A stretch of DNA of 64,000 nt from an uncultured Kiritimatiellota bacterium (GCA_934621385.1 CAKTUI010000004.1:18451-82450), one strand, 5' to 3'; shown: positions 18,230-27,571, counted from the stretch's first letter. Made by a program: numbers and translations. Notes: a model not told the origin generated them from the sequence alone.

Positions 18230-18411
18230 TACACAACGCCTGCGCGGCGCGGCGGTTTGCGCTTTGCTTTGCCGCAAGGAGCGCAAAGACCCCAAAGATG
18301 CCGAAGACCCCATCCCCATTTTCCCTGCGACCTTTGCGTCCCCTGCGGCTAAAACCACCCTCCCCCTTTCCGTGCGCTCCGCGTGTTCCGTGGTTCGTCC
18401 AACCCGCCCCC

Positions 18412-18440
18412 TTGCAACCGGCGCGGCGAAATGGTACAAT
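18412..18440 (+). promoter_or_regulatory. Strong sigma-70-type promoter of orphan unit A
   Basis: TTGCAA (18412-18417), 17-nt spacer, TGG-TACAAT (-10 at 18435-18440). Same architecture as the unit B promoter at 55028-55056. Confidence 0.55.
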
Positions 18441-18827
18441 CGCGCCATCTTGTCCGACGGAGGACTCCCTCTTCAACGAACGGAGGACCCCGCCCAGCGC
18501 AACAAGAGAAAGGCCGGCGCAATGGATAATTATGCGGCACCGGCGGAAGTGGATGGGCGCGCTGCCGGCGGGACGATTAGACGGTCGGACGGGATGACAT
18601 CACGCGAAGCGCCGGCAGGGCCGGCGGGAAGGATTGACCATGTCGACGAAGGAAAGTCGTTTGAAGGAAAGTTGTTTTGCATGGGCGGACGTTCGGGGGG
18701 ACTCCGGAGCCCCAGCTGGGGCGCATGCGTTCCGCCGCGAGGGGACGCGGGGAGACGCACGCACAAAAGCGCCGCGCTTGCGCCTTCAAAACGCCTACGC
18801 GGTGGGGCTTCGCTCCGCCGTTCTCAA

Positions 18828-18858
18828 GCGGAGGTTCGGGGGCTCAGTCCCCCTTCGC
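18828..18858. repeat. Short hairpin repeat GCGGRGGTTCGGGG...GTCCCC, copy 2 (inside unit A)
   Basis: GCGGAGGTTCGGGGGCTCAGTCCCCCTTCGC. Compare 7519-7550 and 36267-36297. Confidence 0.5.
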
Positions 18859-19006
18859 CCCCAGCCTTGCCCGCAAGCCCCTTGCATGCGCCGCGATTGC
18901 GCGGGACGGGCCGTGCGCGGCAAGTAAATCCGCCCCACGGCGGGCCGCCTGAGGGGCACTTGCGCATCCGCAGCGCGGCGGACGCGCACTGCCGTCACCG
19001 CAGAAC

Positions 19007-19041
19007 GGGCGGGGGAGCTGTCCCCCGCCCGCCTTCTTTTG
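19007..19041 (+). terminator. Rho-independent terminator of unit A
   Basis: GGGCGGGGGA-GCTG-TCCCCCGCCC (perfect 10-bp stem) followed by GCCTTCTTTTG. Confidence 0.6.
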
Positions 19042-19313
19042 CCCAGATCACGGCGGAATCTCCGCGAGAAACCGACTGAGTCACTGCGGGAGACTGAGCG
19101 AGGCATTGCGGGAGTCGAACTTTAAAACATCGGACTTGAACTCCGAAACAACGGGAGAGGGGCTTCGACCCTCGCGATTTTGCCGCGAAAACCACCGTCT
19201 TCGTTCAGACGATTACACGAAAAACCAGCCATGGGCCACACAAAAATCACGGAAGGACATCAGAAAATGCGTCCGACGCAGTGCCCAAAACGCCGACGGA
19301 GAGAACGCTTTTT

Positions 19314-19322
19314 TGGTATACT
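19314..19322 (+). promoter_or_regulatory. Extended -10 promoter (TGGTATACT) for the thiC leader
   Basis: TTTTTTGGTATACT at 19309-19322, about 10 nt upstream of the riboswitch aptamer. Confidence 0.45.
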
Positions 19323-19332
19323 ATTTGCCGTC

Positions 19333-19418
19333 GCTTCGGGTGCCTAAGCGCATGGTGCGCCTCGGCTGAGAAAAACCGATAGAACCTGAACGGGGTAATG
19401 CCCGCGTAGGAAAGGACA
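19333..19418 (+). promoter_or_regulatory. TPP (THI-box) riboswitch
   Basis: CTTCGGGTGCC...GGCTGAGAAAAACCGATAGAACCTGAACGGGGTAATGCCCGCGTAGGAAAGG matches the conserved THI-element cores (GGGUGC, CUGAGA, ACCUGA, UAAUNCC, GCGUAGGRA). It sits directly upstream of thiC and its 3' arm overlaps the AAAGGA ribosome-binding region. Confidence 0.8.
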
Positions 19419-19424
19419 GGACGC

Positions 19425-20729
19425 ATGACACAACTGGAAGCGGCCCGCAAGGGCCTGGTGACCGAGGCGATGAAAATCGTCGCGGCGGACGAGGGAATTG
19501 ATGCGGAGACCGTGCGAGTCGCCGTCGTACGCGGCGAGGCCGTCATCCCGCTGAACATCCACCACACAAACGCACAGCCCATTGGGGTCGGCCGACTCTT
19601 CCGCACGAAGATCAACGCGAATCTCGGCCGGAGCGTGACACATTCAGGCAAGGGAGACGAACTGGAGAAACTCGCCATCGCACTTAAGGCGGGAGCCGAC
19701 TTCATCATGGATCTTTCGGTTGGCTCGGATGACCTCAAGTCCATTCGACAGGGCTTGCTTGACGCGAGCGACCGTCCGCTCGGCACCGTCCCCGTCTACG
19801 AGACGATCTCCCGGCTCGAAGGCGACATCCCGCACATGGATCCATCCTTTCTGCTGGACGTCATCCGCGCACAGGCCGAACAGGGCGTTGACTTCATGAC
19901 GCTTCACGCCGGTCTTCTGCGGGCGGCCATCCCTCTCGCGATGAAGCGCAAGATGGGCATCGTCAGCCGAGGCGGCTCGATTATGGCCGAATGGATGATG
20001 GCCAACAACCGCGAGAATCCCCTGTACGAAAAGTGGGACGAGGTCCTCGACATTCTCGTCCAGCACGATGTCACCGTCTCTCTCGGCGACGGCCTGCGTT
20101 CCGGCTGTCTGGCGGATGCCTCGGATGCCGCGCAATTCGCTGAACTGGATGTGCTGGGCGAGCTGGTTGAGCGTTGCCGTGCGCGTGGCGTTCAGGTGAT
20201 GGTGGAAGGACCGGGCCACATCCCCTTCAACGAAATTCAGATGAATATGGAGCGCGAGCAGAAAGTCTGCAAGGATGCTCCCTTCTACGTGCTTGGTCCC
20301 GTCGTTACGGATGTCGCGCCCGGCTACGACCACATCGTCTCGGCGATTGGCGCAACGGCGGCGGCGACCTACGGGGCTTCGCTTCTCTGCTATGTCACGC
20401 CCGCCGAACACCTTGGACTTCCCGATGCCGACGAGGTGCATCGCGGCTGTATCGCCTCCCGCATCGCCGCGCATGCGGGTGATGTCGCCCGTGGACTGAA
20501 GGGTGCGCGGACACAAGACGACGCGATGGCCGATGCGCGGCGAAACTTCTGCTGGGACGAACAGTTTGCGGCATCGCTCGACCCCGAGCATGCGCGGACA
20601 CGCTGGCTGAAGACGCGGGCGCTCACCGATGCCGACCATGGCGACGACCACTGCTCAATGTGCGGCAAGCAGTTCTGCGCCGTGCGCACGTCACGCCGCA
20701 TACGCGACCTCGCGGCGAAAAGCCTCTGA
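19425..20729 (+). CDS. thiC: Phosphomethylpyrimidine synthase (short, ~430-aa form)
   Basis: IPLNIHHTNAQPIGVG, TKINANLG, MVEGPGHIP and C-terminal CSMCGKQFCA Fe-S motif. Confidence 0.9.
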   Translation: MTQLEAARKGLVTEAMKIVAADEGIDAETVRVAVVRGEAVIPLNIHHTNAQPIGVGRLFRTKINANLGRSVTHSGKGDELEKLAIALKAGADFIMDLSVGSDDLKSIRQGLLDASDRPLGTVPVYETISRLEGDIPHMDPSFLLDVIRAQAEQGVDFMTLHAGLLRAAIPLAMKRKMGIVSRGGSIMAEWMMANNRENPLYEKWDEVLDILVQHDVTVSLGDGLRSGCLADASDAAQFAELDVLGELVERCRARGVQVMVEGPGHIPFNEIQMNMEREQKVCKDAPFYVLGPVVTDVAPGYDHIVSAIGATAAATYGASLLCYVTPAEHLGLPDADEVHRGCIASRIAAHAGDVARGLKGARTQDDAMADARRNFCWDEQFAASLDPEHARTRWLKTRALTDADHGDDHCSMCGKQFCAVRTSRRIRDLAAKSL

Positions 20730-20746
20730 TGCCGCGTGGTGGGTGA

Positions 20747-21667
20747 CTACCAGGCGCAACCGATGAGGTTCAGTGCATTGTCGTGCCCGATGAGGCGGCA
20801 CTCCCCTTCCGTCAGTCCGACGCGTGTGCGCAGAATCTCCATGCATCTGGCAATCGGAGTCGTGGCTCCCACGAGGCACTTGCGGGCCGGGTTCCACAGG
20901 AGCCCGTTGGGTTCCAACCGCGCATGGGCGCCGCAGACCTCGTATTCGCCCGGCGGCAAGCCAGCCGGATACTGTGCATCCGACACGGCGATCAGCCGCG
21001 TGGCAGGGACGGCTCGGCAGTAAAGCTTCAGCATCGTATCGGGAAGATGGTGTCCGTCCGGAATGAACATGACGGACGCACGGTTCTCGACCAGGGCCGT
21101 GTAGACGATGTTGTCGTGTCGATTCACCTCGTTCGGGATGCCATTGCCGAGATGTGTAAACGCCCGGGCACCCGCCGCAAGGCACGGCTCGATGTCCGCC
21201 GGGCTTGTCGCCAGCTGATGTCCAAGCGAGACGGTCACGCCCCGTTCAGTCAGTGCCTTCACGAATGCGGGCATTCCGGGAACTTCCGCCGCGACATTGA
21301 CGAGTCGGATCAGTCCCTCCGCAACATCCTGAAAGCGGTCGAAAAGCCCCATGTCCGGCGCATGGACCCATTCGATGGGATGCGTCCCGACGGCCCCGGG
21401 ACGATTCGAGATGAACGGTCCCTCAAGAAAGAAGCCGAGGATGTTCCGCGCACAGACCTCGTATTTTTGCCGCGCCGCGACAACGATTCGAATCGTTTCG
21501 ATCAGCATCTCGGGGTCGCCCGTGACAAGCGTCGGCAGATAGCCGACCGTGCCGTCCGCCGCCAGGCGTTCCGTCACGCGCTTGACGGCCTCGACCGTCA
21601 ACCCCCGCGCATTGAAGTCAACGCCTGCGTAGCCATTGACCTGAAGGTCGATCCACCCGGCGTTCAT
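20747..21667 (-). CDS. nagA: N-acetylglucosamine-6-phosphate deacetylase-like amidohydrolase (minimal form, ~306 aa)
   Basis: ORF trimmed to the ATG at 21667 (ATGA overlap with the upstream gene). WIDLQVNGYAGVDFN, FLEGPFIS, VSLGHQ and FTHLGNG follow the NagA pattern. Both termini are shorter than in classical ~380-aa NagA. Confidence 0.65.
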   Translation of the reverse strand: MNAGWIDLQVNGYAGVDFNARGLTVEAVKRVTERLAADGTVGYLPTLVTGDPEMLIETIRIVVAARQKYEVCARNILGFFLEGPFISNRPGAVGTHPIEWVHAPDMGLFDRFQDVAEGLIRLVNVAAEVPGMPAFVKALTERGVTVSLGHQLATSPADIEPCLAAGARAFTHLGNGIPNEVNRHDNIVYTALVENRASVMFIPDGHHLPDTMLKLYCRAVPATRLIAVSDAQYPAGLPPGEYEVCGAHARLEPNGLLWNPARKCLVGATTPIARCMEILRTRVGLTEGECRLIGHDNALNLIGCAW

Positions 21668-22956
21668 TCGTGCGCCTTCTTCCACGCCTCGACAATCGTG
21701 TAGTACTTGACGAGCATATTGTCAATGTACAGCGGGTCCTCGCGTCCGGCCTTCATCCAATCGAGATAGGTGTGAACGACCTGGGAGAAATGCGCCTCGT
21801 GTCCGATGTCGTACGCCTTCGGGTAGGAGATGCGCCAAACGCCCGGTTCCTCCGTCTCCTGTGCCGCGACACCGGGCCACGATTTCTCAATGCGGACGAG
21901 TGCCGCGTCAAGCGCACGGCGAGTTGCCGCCGCGTCGCCCCGCGAGCGGACGTAGAGGACTGGCCTGTAGCCCTCCTTCGGTCCCTGACGGATGAAGACC
22001 TCCGCCTTTGTGCCGCGCATCATCGAATCGTGCGTGTCGCCCGTGCCCTCCGGGGCCATGAAGTTCCAGATGACGGAGACTTTGCACGAAACGCCCTTCA
22101 GTTTCCAGACGAACTCCCCATTGGCCTCGCAATCAAAATCCGCCGCGCACGATCCGCCCGTGGACATCTTGTACTGTGCGGGCGTCAGGTGCGTCGGCCA
22201 AGTGCGGGACGAGACGATCTCGACATCATTCGTCGTCAGGCGGACATCCGGAAACGCCTCCCACTGGACGAGGTCAACGAGATGCGTCGTCACGTCCACG
22301 ATGCCCTCGCCCAGGATTCGCGTGTCGTAGTACCAGGTCGGACGCTGCAATGGCGAACCATTGACGAGCTTGCAGAAGTGGTGAACCGAAATCTTCGTAA
22401 TGGCGGGATTATCGGGCGTGCCCTTCTCCTGCTCGCCATAGAGGGTGCGATCCTGCGTCAAGGCGCGCTGGAGAATCGTGGTAATCTCATTACGCTCAGT
22501 CATGATGTCGGCGAAGAAGAGACCCTTTTCCTGGGCGAGCCGCGCCGCTCGGACAGTCTTCTCATAGACGGACGGCGTGATGGCCATCGGCTTGTCGGCC
22601 AGGACATTCACGCCCGCCTCAACCGCCGCGAGCGCATAGTCGCCCTTGCGATTGTTCTTGCCGGCCAGGATGACGACGGGCGAATCTCCCAGCGAACCCG
22701 ACTTGGCTTCAGCGACGAAGCACTCCAGGTAATCCGCACCGCGATAGACGACCTCCCGCCAGGCCGTCGGATTCTCGGCGCGGGCATTGAAGTTCGAGAC
22801 GAGTTGCAGGTGGGCATCGAGTTCCGGACCGTTTGGCGCAAAGACCTTCACTTCGGGGGAGACCGCCGGATAGGGTCGGTTCTGGACGAGGGACGCATGG
22901 AAGTGTCCGGGGTCGAGGGTGACGAGGCTAACCGCCAGGAGCAATGAGGTTGTCAT
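21664..22956 (-). CDS. Gfo/Idh/MocA-related oxidoreductase (LDPGHFHA-type with a distinct C-terminal domain)
   Basis: The track start at 22977 is TTG. The ATG at 22956 follows the symporter stop by 1 nt and has AAGGA 9 nt upstream. LVTLDPGHFHASLVQ and VNVLADKPMA motifs. Confidence 0.55.
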   Translation of the reverse strand: MTTSLLLAVSLVTLDPGHFHASLVQNRPYPAVSPEVKVFAPNGPELDAHLQLVSNFNARAENPTAWREVVYRGADYLECFVAEAKSGSLGDSPVVILAGKNNRKGDYALAAVEAGVNVLADKPMAITPSVYEKTVRAARLAQEKGLFFADIMTERNEITTILQRALTQDRTLYGEQEKGTPDNPAITKISVHHFCKLVNGSPLQRPTWYYDTRILGEGIVDVTTHLVDLVQWEAFPDVRLTTNDVEIVSSRTWPTHLTPAQYKMSTGGSCAADFDCEANGEFVWKLKGVSCKVSVIWNFMAPEGTGDTHDSMMRGTKAEVFIRQGPKEGYRPVLYVRSRGDAAATRRALDAALVRIEKSWPGVAAQETEEPGVWRISYPKAYDIGHEAHFSQVVHTYLDWMKAGREDPLYIDNMLVKYYTIVEAWKKAHE

Positions 22957-22957
22957 A

Positions 22958-24472
22958 TCAGTATTCCTTCTTTTCAATTCGATTCATGAAATCAGCTACG
23001 GCCGCACGGTCGGCCGATGTGTCGCGGAACAGGCACGTGCCGAGGACGAGGCCCGCCACAGTGGCCAGTGCCGTCGTGGGGAAAATCCAGACCATTTCGC
23101 GCAGGAAAGCCAAGTTGGGCGTAGACCCAAGTGCAAAGAGCAGAAGGCCGACGACGATGCCGACGACCAGTCCGCAAAGCCCGGATCGACGCGAGAGTTC
23201 ACGCACGAAGACACCACCAAGCATGGGAATCGCGATGGGCGGCAGGAAGACGCCAAAGACCTTGTTGGAGAGGTTGAAGAGGTCGTCCGCCCCTTGGGCG
23301 TATTGCATCACGAAGGCAAGTGCCACGACGAGTCCGCCAACGATGACTGTCGCGGCACGGGCGGCAACCATCTTTGCGGTCGCCGAAGGCCGACGGACGA
23401 ACTTCAGGTAAAGCTCGTTCACCATGACGGCCGCCGCCGCGTTGAAATTGCCCGCCAATGAACTCATGGTCGCCGAAAACATCGCCGCGATAACAAGACC
23501 AATCAGTCCGACCGGCAGAACTTCGCGGCAAAGGAGCGCATAGACACCATTCAGTTCCGTCTCGGGCAGGCCCGGCAGGAAGACACGGGCCGCCATGGCC
23601 GGAAAGAAGAAAACCGGCGGCCCGACAAAGAGGAGCACCGCGACAAGATAGGCCATCTTCCGCGCATCCCGTTCGCTTTTCGTCGCGTAGTACCGCTGGA
23701 TGAGCGACCAGTTCGTCGACAGGGTCGAGCCGACGCAACAGAAGAAGACAAGCAGATAAATCCACGTGTACTTGCCCGCCGTGAAGTCGAAGAATCCGAC
23801 GGGAACACCATCAAGGAAGACCTTGAAGCCGTGGAGAAGCCCCGCGCCCCCATCCATGGACGCAAGCCGTCCGAGGCAAAGAAACGGCAGGAGGAGCACG
23901 ACCGCAAGAATGACCAAGAACTGAATGAAGTCACATGCCAGCGTGGCCTTCAGTCCGCCGAGAAAGGTATAAAGGATGATAATCACTCCCGAGATGCACA
24001 CCGACCAGAAAAGCGGAAAGCCCATCCCAACGCCGACCACCGTGCCAATGGCGAGCAACTTGAGCGCATTGTCGAGGAGCTGCATGGGCAGGCCGAGAAT
24101 GGCCAGCGTCCGACACATGGTGGGCGTATACCGCTCGGCGATGTAGTCGATGGGGCTTCCCTTCGCCGCCCGTCGCCACCGCACGGCCAGGAACCAGGCA
24201 CCAAGCAGAACGGCCGGAACCGAGAGCCAGCTCACCGTTACGGGAACCCAGCCGAACTTGTAGGCAAGGGCCGAATACATGACAAAGGCAAGAGCCGAAA
24301 AGCTGTTCATGTAGAACGAGACACCCGCGAGCCACCAGGGCGTCGTCTTGTCGTTCCCAAAGAACTGGTCGGACGATGCCGACCGTCGGCTGTAGTAGAA
24401 ACCAACGCCAATCATCACCGCAAAAAACGCGGCGATGATGGCGTAGTCCGCGAAGGCAAGCGCGTTCTCCAC
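22958..24472 (-). CDS. Sodium:solute symporter (SSS family)
   Basis: 504 aa, about 13 hydrophobic segments. N-terminal ADYAIIAAFFAVMIGVGFYYSRR...FFGNDKTTPWWLAGVSFYMNSFSA is typical of the SSF family. Confidence 0.8.
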   Translation of the reverse strand: MENALAFADYAIIAAFFAVMIGVGFYYSRRSASSDQFFGNDKTTPWWLAGVSFYMNSFSALAFVMYSALAYKFGWVPVTVSWLSVPAVLLGAWFLAVRWRRAAKGSPIDYIAERYTPTMCRTLAILGLPMQLLDNALKLLAIGTVVGVGMGFPLFWSVCISGVIIILYTFLGGLKATLACDFIQFLVILAVVLLLPFLCLGRLASMDGGAGLLHGFKVFLDGVPVGFFDFTAGKYTWIYLLVFFCCVGSTLSTNWSLIQRYYATKSERDARKMAYLVAVLLFVGPPVFFFPAMAARVFLPGLPETELNGVYALLCREVLPVGLIGLVIAAMFSATMSSLAGNFNAAAAVMVNELYLKFVRRPSATAKMVAARAATVIVGGLVVALAFVMQYAQGADDLFNLSNKVFGVFLPPIAIPMLGGVFVRELSRRSGLCGLVVGIVVGLLLFALGSTPNLAFLREMVWIFPTTALATVAGLVLGTCLFRDTSADRAAVADFMNRIEKKEY

Positions 24473-24476
24473 GGGC

Positions 24477-25220
24477 TTACCTTGTCAGAAGTGCCGCGGC
24501 CGGCGGGTCAAGGTAAAGCTCGCAATCGGCGTGCGTCCGCAGGGAAGTTGCGGGGACTTCGGGGCTGATTGCGTTCTCGACGGTGTGCTTCACCGCCTCG
24601 GCCTTCCGGGCATCGGGGACGATGACGACGATGGACTTCGTCGCCAGAATTTGCGGAACCGTCATCGAGTAGGCATGGGTCGGAACCGCATCAAGACTCG
24701 GATACCACCCCTCGCCGACCTGCTGACGGCGGCAGACTTCATCCAACTTGACGACGGCATACGCCTCCTTCGTCTCAAAATCGGCCGGCGGATCGTTGAA
24801 GGCGATGTGACCGTTCTCGCCGATGCCAATGCAGGCGAGGTCAATCGGCTTTTCACGGACGGCCGCCGCCAACCGTGCGCACTCCGCCGCCGTGTCGGGC
24901 GCATCACCGCCAACGAATGTGAAGTTCTTCACCAAGCAGGGCAACTTGGACAGCAGGCGTTCGACCAGAAACCGCCGGAAGCTCGCGGGATGGTCGGCAG
25001 GAATGCCGACATACTCATCCAGATGGAAGCCGCAGACCTTCGACCAGTCGATTTCCGTGTGGCTCAGCAACGCCTCGATGAACTCAAACTGACTCGCCGC
25101 GCTGGCAAAAATGACGCGGGCCTCACCCCGCGCTTCAATTGCCGCGCAAATCTTGCTCGCCGCCGCATCCGCCGCGAGCCATCCCATATCATTCTTATCC
25201 TTGCCAACAATAATCTTCAT
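24477..25220 (-). CDS. nagB: Glucosamine-6-phosphate deaminase
   Basis: Trimmed to the ATG at 25220 (MKIIVGKDKND). FASAASQFEF, FHLDEYVG and IGIGENGHIAFNDPP motifs. Confidence 0.85.
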   Translation of the reverse strand: MKIIVGKDKNDMGWLAADAAASKICAAIEARGEARVIFASAASQFEFIEALLSHTEIDWSKVCGFHLDEYVGIPADHPASFRRFLVERLLSKLPCLVKNFTFVGGDAPDTAAECARLAAAVREKPIDLACIGIGENGHIAFNDPPADFETKEAYAVVKLDEVCRRQQVGEGWYPSLDAVPTHAYSMTVPQILATKSIVVIVPDARKAEAVKHTVENAISPEVPATSLRTHADCELYLDPPAAALLTR

Positions 25221-25274
25221 ATCCAACTTTCTTTTCGACTTGTTTCCAATAGAAATCATCCGGCGGTCTTTCGA

Positions 25275-26258
25275 CTACTTCCGCGCCGCCTCCAGCACGT
25301 CCGCAAGCGTGACGGGCATTCCGCCGCGCTTTGCGGACACTTCCGCCGCCTCCATGAGGGCGGCGATTTCAAGCGTTTCCTCGGGACTGAACGGAACAAC
25401 ACCCGTCTTGAAGAACTTCAAAATCTCACGCAGAAGCGGCTCGTATCCCTGGTAGCCATCGAAGACGACGACCAGATTCGCCGGATCCTTCGGCTTCACC
25501 GGCAGGATGTATCCCGTGTAGGTCGACCAGTCGTGCCGAAAGAGGTGAAGTTGCCCCATGCGCCCGTTCGGATAGGCAATGTTGATGACATCGTCCGATT
25601 CACTGCGGAAGCAACTGACTTTCTCGGCCCCCGTCCCCATGACCGCCACATAAGGCTCAAAGCCATGAATGCCGTACCAGCTGTAGAAGTTGTGCGTACC
25701 CTGCGCCTCCTCCGGGGAAGGCGACGTGAGCGCAACCGTCCGAATCGGGCCATACGTCCCCGCCCGAACCTCCCGAATCACGCGTCCGAAACGCAGAGCC
25801 GAGGACGAGAAGTACTTCGCGTTCAACCGTTTGCCAAGCTCATAAATGCGCAGCGCGTCATGCAGGTTGTGCGCAAGGGGCTTGTCGATGAAGCAGGGCT
25901 TGCCCGACCGAAAGACCTTTTCGGCCTGCGCCAGGTGCTCACGCCCATCGTTCGTCTCAAGGCAAATGCAATCCACGCGGGCAATCAGCTCGTCAATGTC
26001 AGGGACGATTTCAACGCCCATCTCCCGCATCTGCGCAAGGTACTTCGGGTAGCGGTTCGTGGCCGAGATGATGTCCCTCGACCCCCACTGGTAGGCGTGG
26101 GTGACGCGGAAGCCCTCGGCCTCCGGGCTTCGGTCGACATTCATGAACTTGGTGAAGGCAATCACATGGCTCGTGTCGAGTCCGATGATGCCGACTTTCA
26201 GTTCCGCCGCCGCGACACCGGCCGTAAGGCAGGCAAAAAGAAGTAAAAGGCGTTTCAT
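25275..26258 (-). CDS. Secreted Gfo/Idh/MocA-family oxidoreductase
   Basis: Trimmed to the ATG at 26258 (ATGA overlap). Signal peptide MKRLLLLFACLTAGVAAA followed by LKVGIIGLDTSHV (Rossmann) and CFIDKPLA (EKP-like). Confidence 0.7.
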   Translation of the reverse strand: MKRLLLLFACLTAGVAAAELKVGIIGLDTSHVIAFTKFMNVDRSPEAEGFRVTHAYQWGSRDIISATNRYPKYLAQMREMGVEIVPDIDELIARVDCICLETNDGREHLAQAEKVFRSGKPCFIDKPLAHNLHDALRIYELGKRLNAKYFSSSALRFGRVIREVRAGTYGPIRTVALTSPSPEEAQGTHNFYSWYGIHGFEPYVAVMGTGAEKVSCFRSESDDVINIAYPNGRMGQLHLFRHDWSTYTGYILPVKPKDPANLVVVFDGYQGYEPLLREILKFFKTGVVPFSPEETLEIAALMEAAEVSAKRGGMPVTLADVLEAARK

Positions 26259-27571
26259 GATAAGGTTTCCCGCTTGTTGAAGAGTGCCTCGTAACGCGGC
26301 ATCGGCGCAAAGATGCCATCCCGTGGGACATCGCGGAACAGGACATCCCAGTTCCTGTAGTTCTGCGGCCCATTGGACTCCAGCAACCCGAGCTTGCCAA
26401 GCCCGGGGAACTGCGGCAGACGCTCCGCAACCGCACGATTCCACTCGACCAGTACCGGATTGACCGTCAGGTCGGCACAGAAGCACGGCACATTCCGCCG
26501 CGCCGCCGCCGCCGCAATCTTCAGCGTCATCGACAGCGTTTTCGCAATCGGCTTGAGCGCCATGGCACGATAGCCCATCTCCATGCGCCGCTCTGCGTCG
26601 GCGACCGTATGCGCCGACTCGTCCGCCGCCAGCCGCAGGGGAATGTCGTGGACATCCACCTCGTTCATCTCGTCAAAAGGCTCCTCGACAATCGCAGTCT
26701 GCTCGCGTGCACCGATCCGTTCGAGGTGATCGGCAAAACGCAGGAGCGTCTCCTTGTCGGCATAGCGTCCGTTCGCGTCAAAGTAGTAGAAGGCGCGGCC
26801 CGTGGCCGAATCCTCGGTGCGCACCTCGCGCAAGATGGCGTGGAGTTCGGACACGCGGGCGCAGTCCTTCGCCAACATTTCCTGCTGCGTGCCGGGCTGC
26901 CCAATCTTGATTTTGAAGAAGAACGAGCCTCCCCTTACCAACCTCCGGACCTCATCAAGCGGCGTACCGTAGGTGATGAGTGGAATCATTGCACAGCGCG
27001 GATGATGCGCCGGAATTCCCTCTCGCCACGCGGCGGGAACCGCCGCGTCAAGCGAGGTGAAGCCCTTGTCCCGTGCATAAAGCACCCAGGCCGCATTGTC
27101 AACGGCAACGAGCGCATTCAGCGTAAACGTCGGGCGCAGATTGGCCCGGCCGGAAAGTTTCCGCCCGTAGTCGAGAACCTGCGGGAAGAGCGCGTCCAAC
27201 AACTCAAACGGCGTCGCGAACGACATTCCCCGCGCCAGTTCAACGGCCCGACGGGTCAGCGACAGCATCAGTTCATTGCCCGCCGTTTCCGAACGGCTCA
27301 TGAAAATCGCCGCGTCGCTCCACAGGACGCTTTGCGTACCAAGGCCGATTCCCGTCTCGCCCGATTCCGCCGCGAACTTGACGGCGGGCTGCCAAAGTTC
27401 CGTCAGATAGCCACCCTTGAAGCCAAACGGGCGCACGAGCGGTTCCCGTGTGCAACGAAGTGCCGCGTCGGCAATCCTCAGCCGTGCCGCAGATGAATTG
27501 GCGATGGGCGCGGCGAATCCGGAACAGGATGCCGCCGCAAGGCCGCCCAAGAACATTCGCCGCGTCATCAT
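26255..27571 (-). CDS. Tat-signal-bearing enolase-superfamily enzyme (MR/MLE-like)
   Basis: MMTRRMFLGGLAAASCSGFAAP (twin-arginine signal). FFFKIKIGQ (KxK) and YYFDANGRY / VEEPFDE / RLAADES (the D, E, D metal-ligand pattern of the enolase superfamily). Confidence 0.6.
   Translation of the reverse strand: MMTRRMFLGGLAAASCSGFAAPIANSSAARLRIADAALRCTREPLVRPFGFKGGYLTELWQPAVKFAAESGETGIGLGTQSVLWSDAAIFMSRSETAGNELMLSLTRRAVELARGMSFATPFELLDALFPQVLDYGRKLSGRANLRPTFTLNALVAVDNAAWVLYARDKGFTSLDAAVPAAWREGIPAHHPRCAMIPLITYGTPLDEVRRLVRGGSFFFKIKIGQPGTQQEMLAKDCARVSELHAILREVRTEDSATGRAFYYFDANGRYADKETLLRFADHLERIGAREQTAIVEEPFDEMNEVDVHDIPLRLAADESAHTVADAERRMEMGYRAMALKPIAKTLSMTLKIAAAAARRNVPCFCADLTVNPVLVEWNRAVAERLPQFPGLGKLGLLESNGPQNYRNWDVLFRDVPRDGIFAPMPRYEALFNKRETLS

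Larger units (their letters stand above)
18447..19041 (+). ncRNA. Orphan transcription unit A: candidate ~0.6-kb GC-rich non-coding RNA, or a decayed paralogue of the unit B gene
   Basis: Bounded by the promoter at 18412-18440 and the terminator at 19007-19041. No frame has convincing coding character (hand-counted GC3 about 66-76%). Shares motifs with unit B (GGACTCCGGAGCCCC; ACGCGGGGAGACGC; CTTGCGCCTTC). Confidence 0.3.

Noticed and set aside
18640-18680. RNase P RNA, suggested by GAAGGAAAGTCG / GAAGGAAAGTTG in unit A.
   Set aside because: The universally conserved GAGGAAAGUCCGGGC and ACAGAAnCCGGCUUA elements are absent. The similarity is limited to GGAAAGT.
18162-19079. The 305-aa ORF and other ORFs covering the 18.2-19.1 kb region, considered as protein-coding genes.
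   Set aside because: The ORF spans a promoter and runs through a strong terminator. Hand-counted GC3 is only ~66% (not above the local GC). The product is R/G/P/A low-complexity, and the start has no good RBS context.
19085-19200. tRNA or another small RNA suggested by T-arm-like hairpins (TCGGA-CTTGAAC-TCCGA, GAGGG-GCTTCGA-CCCTC, GGGAGTCGAAC).
   Set aside because: No cloverleaf can be assembled on either strand: there is no acceptor stem, anticodon arm or correct T-loop sequence. The function of the 19046-19310 spacer remains unknown.
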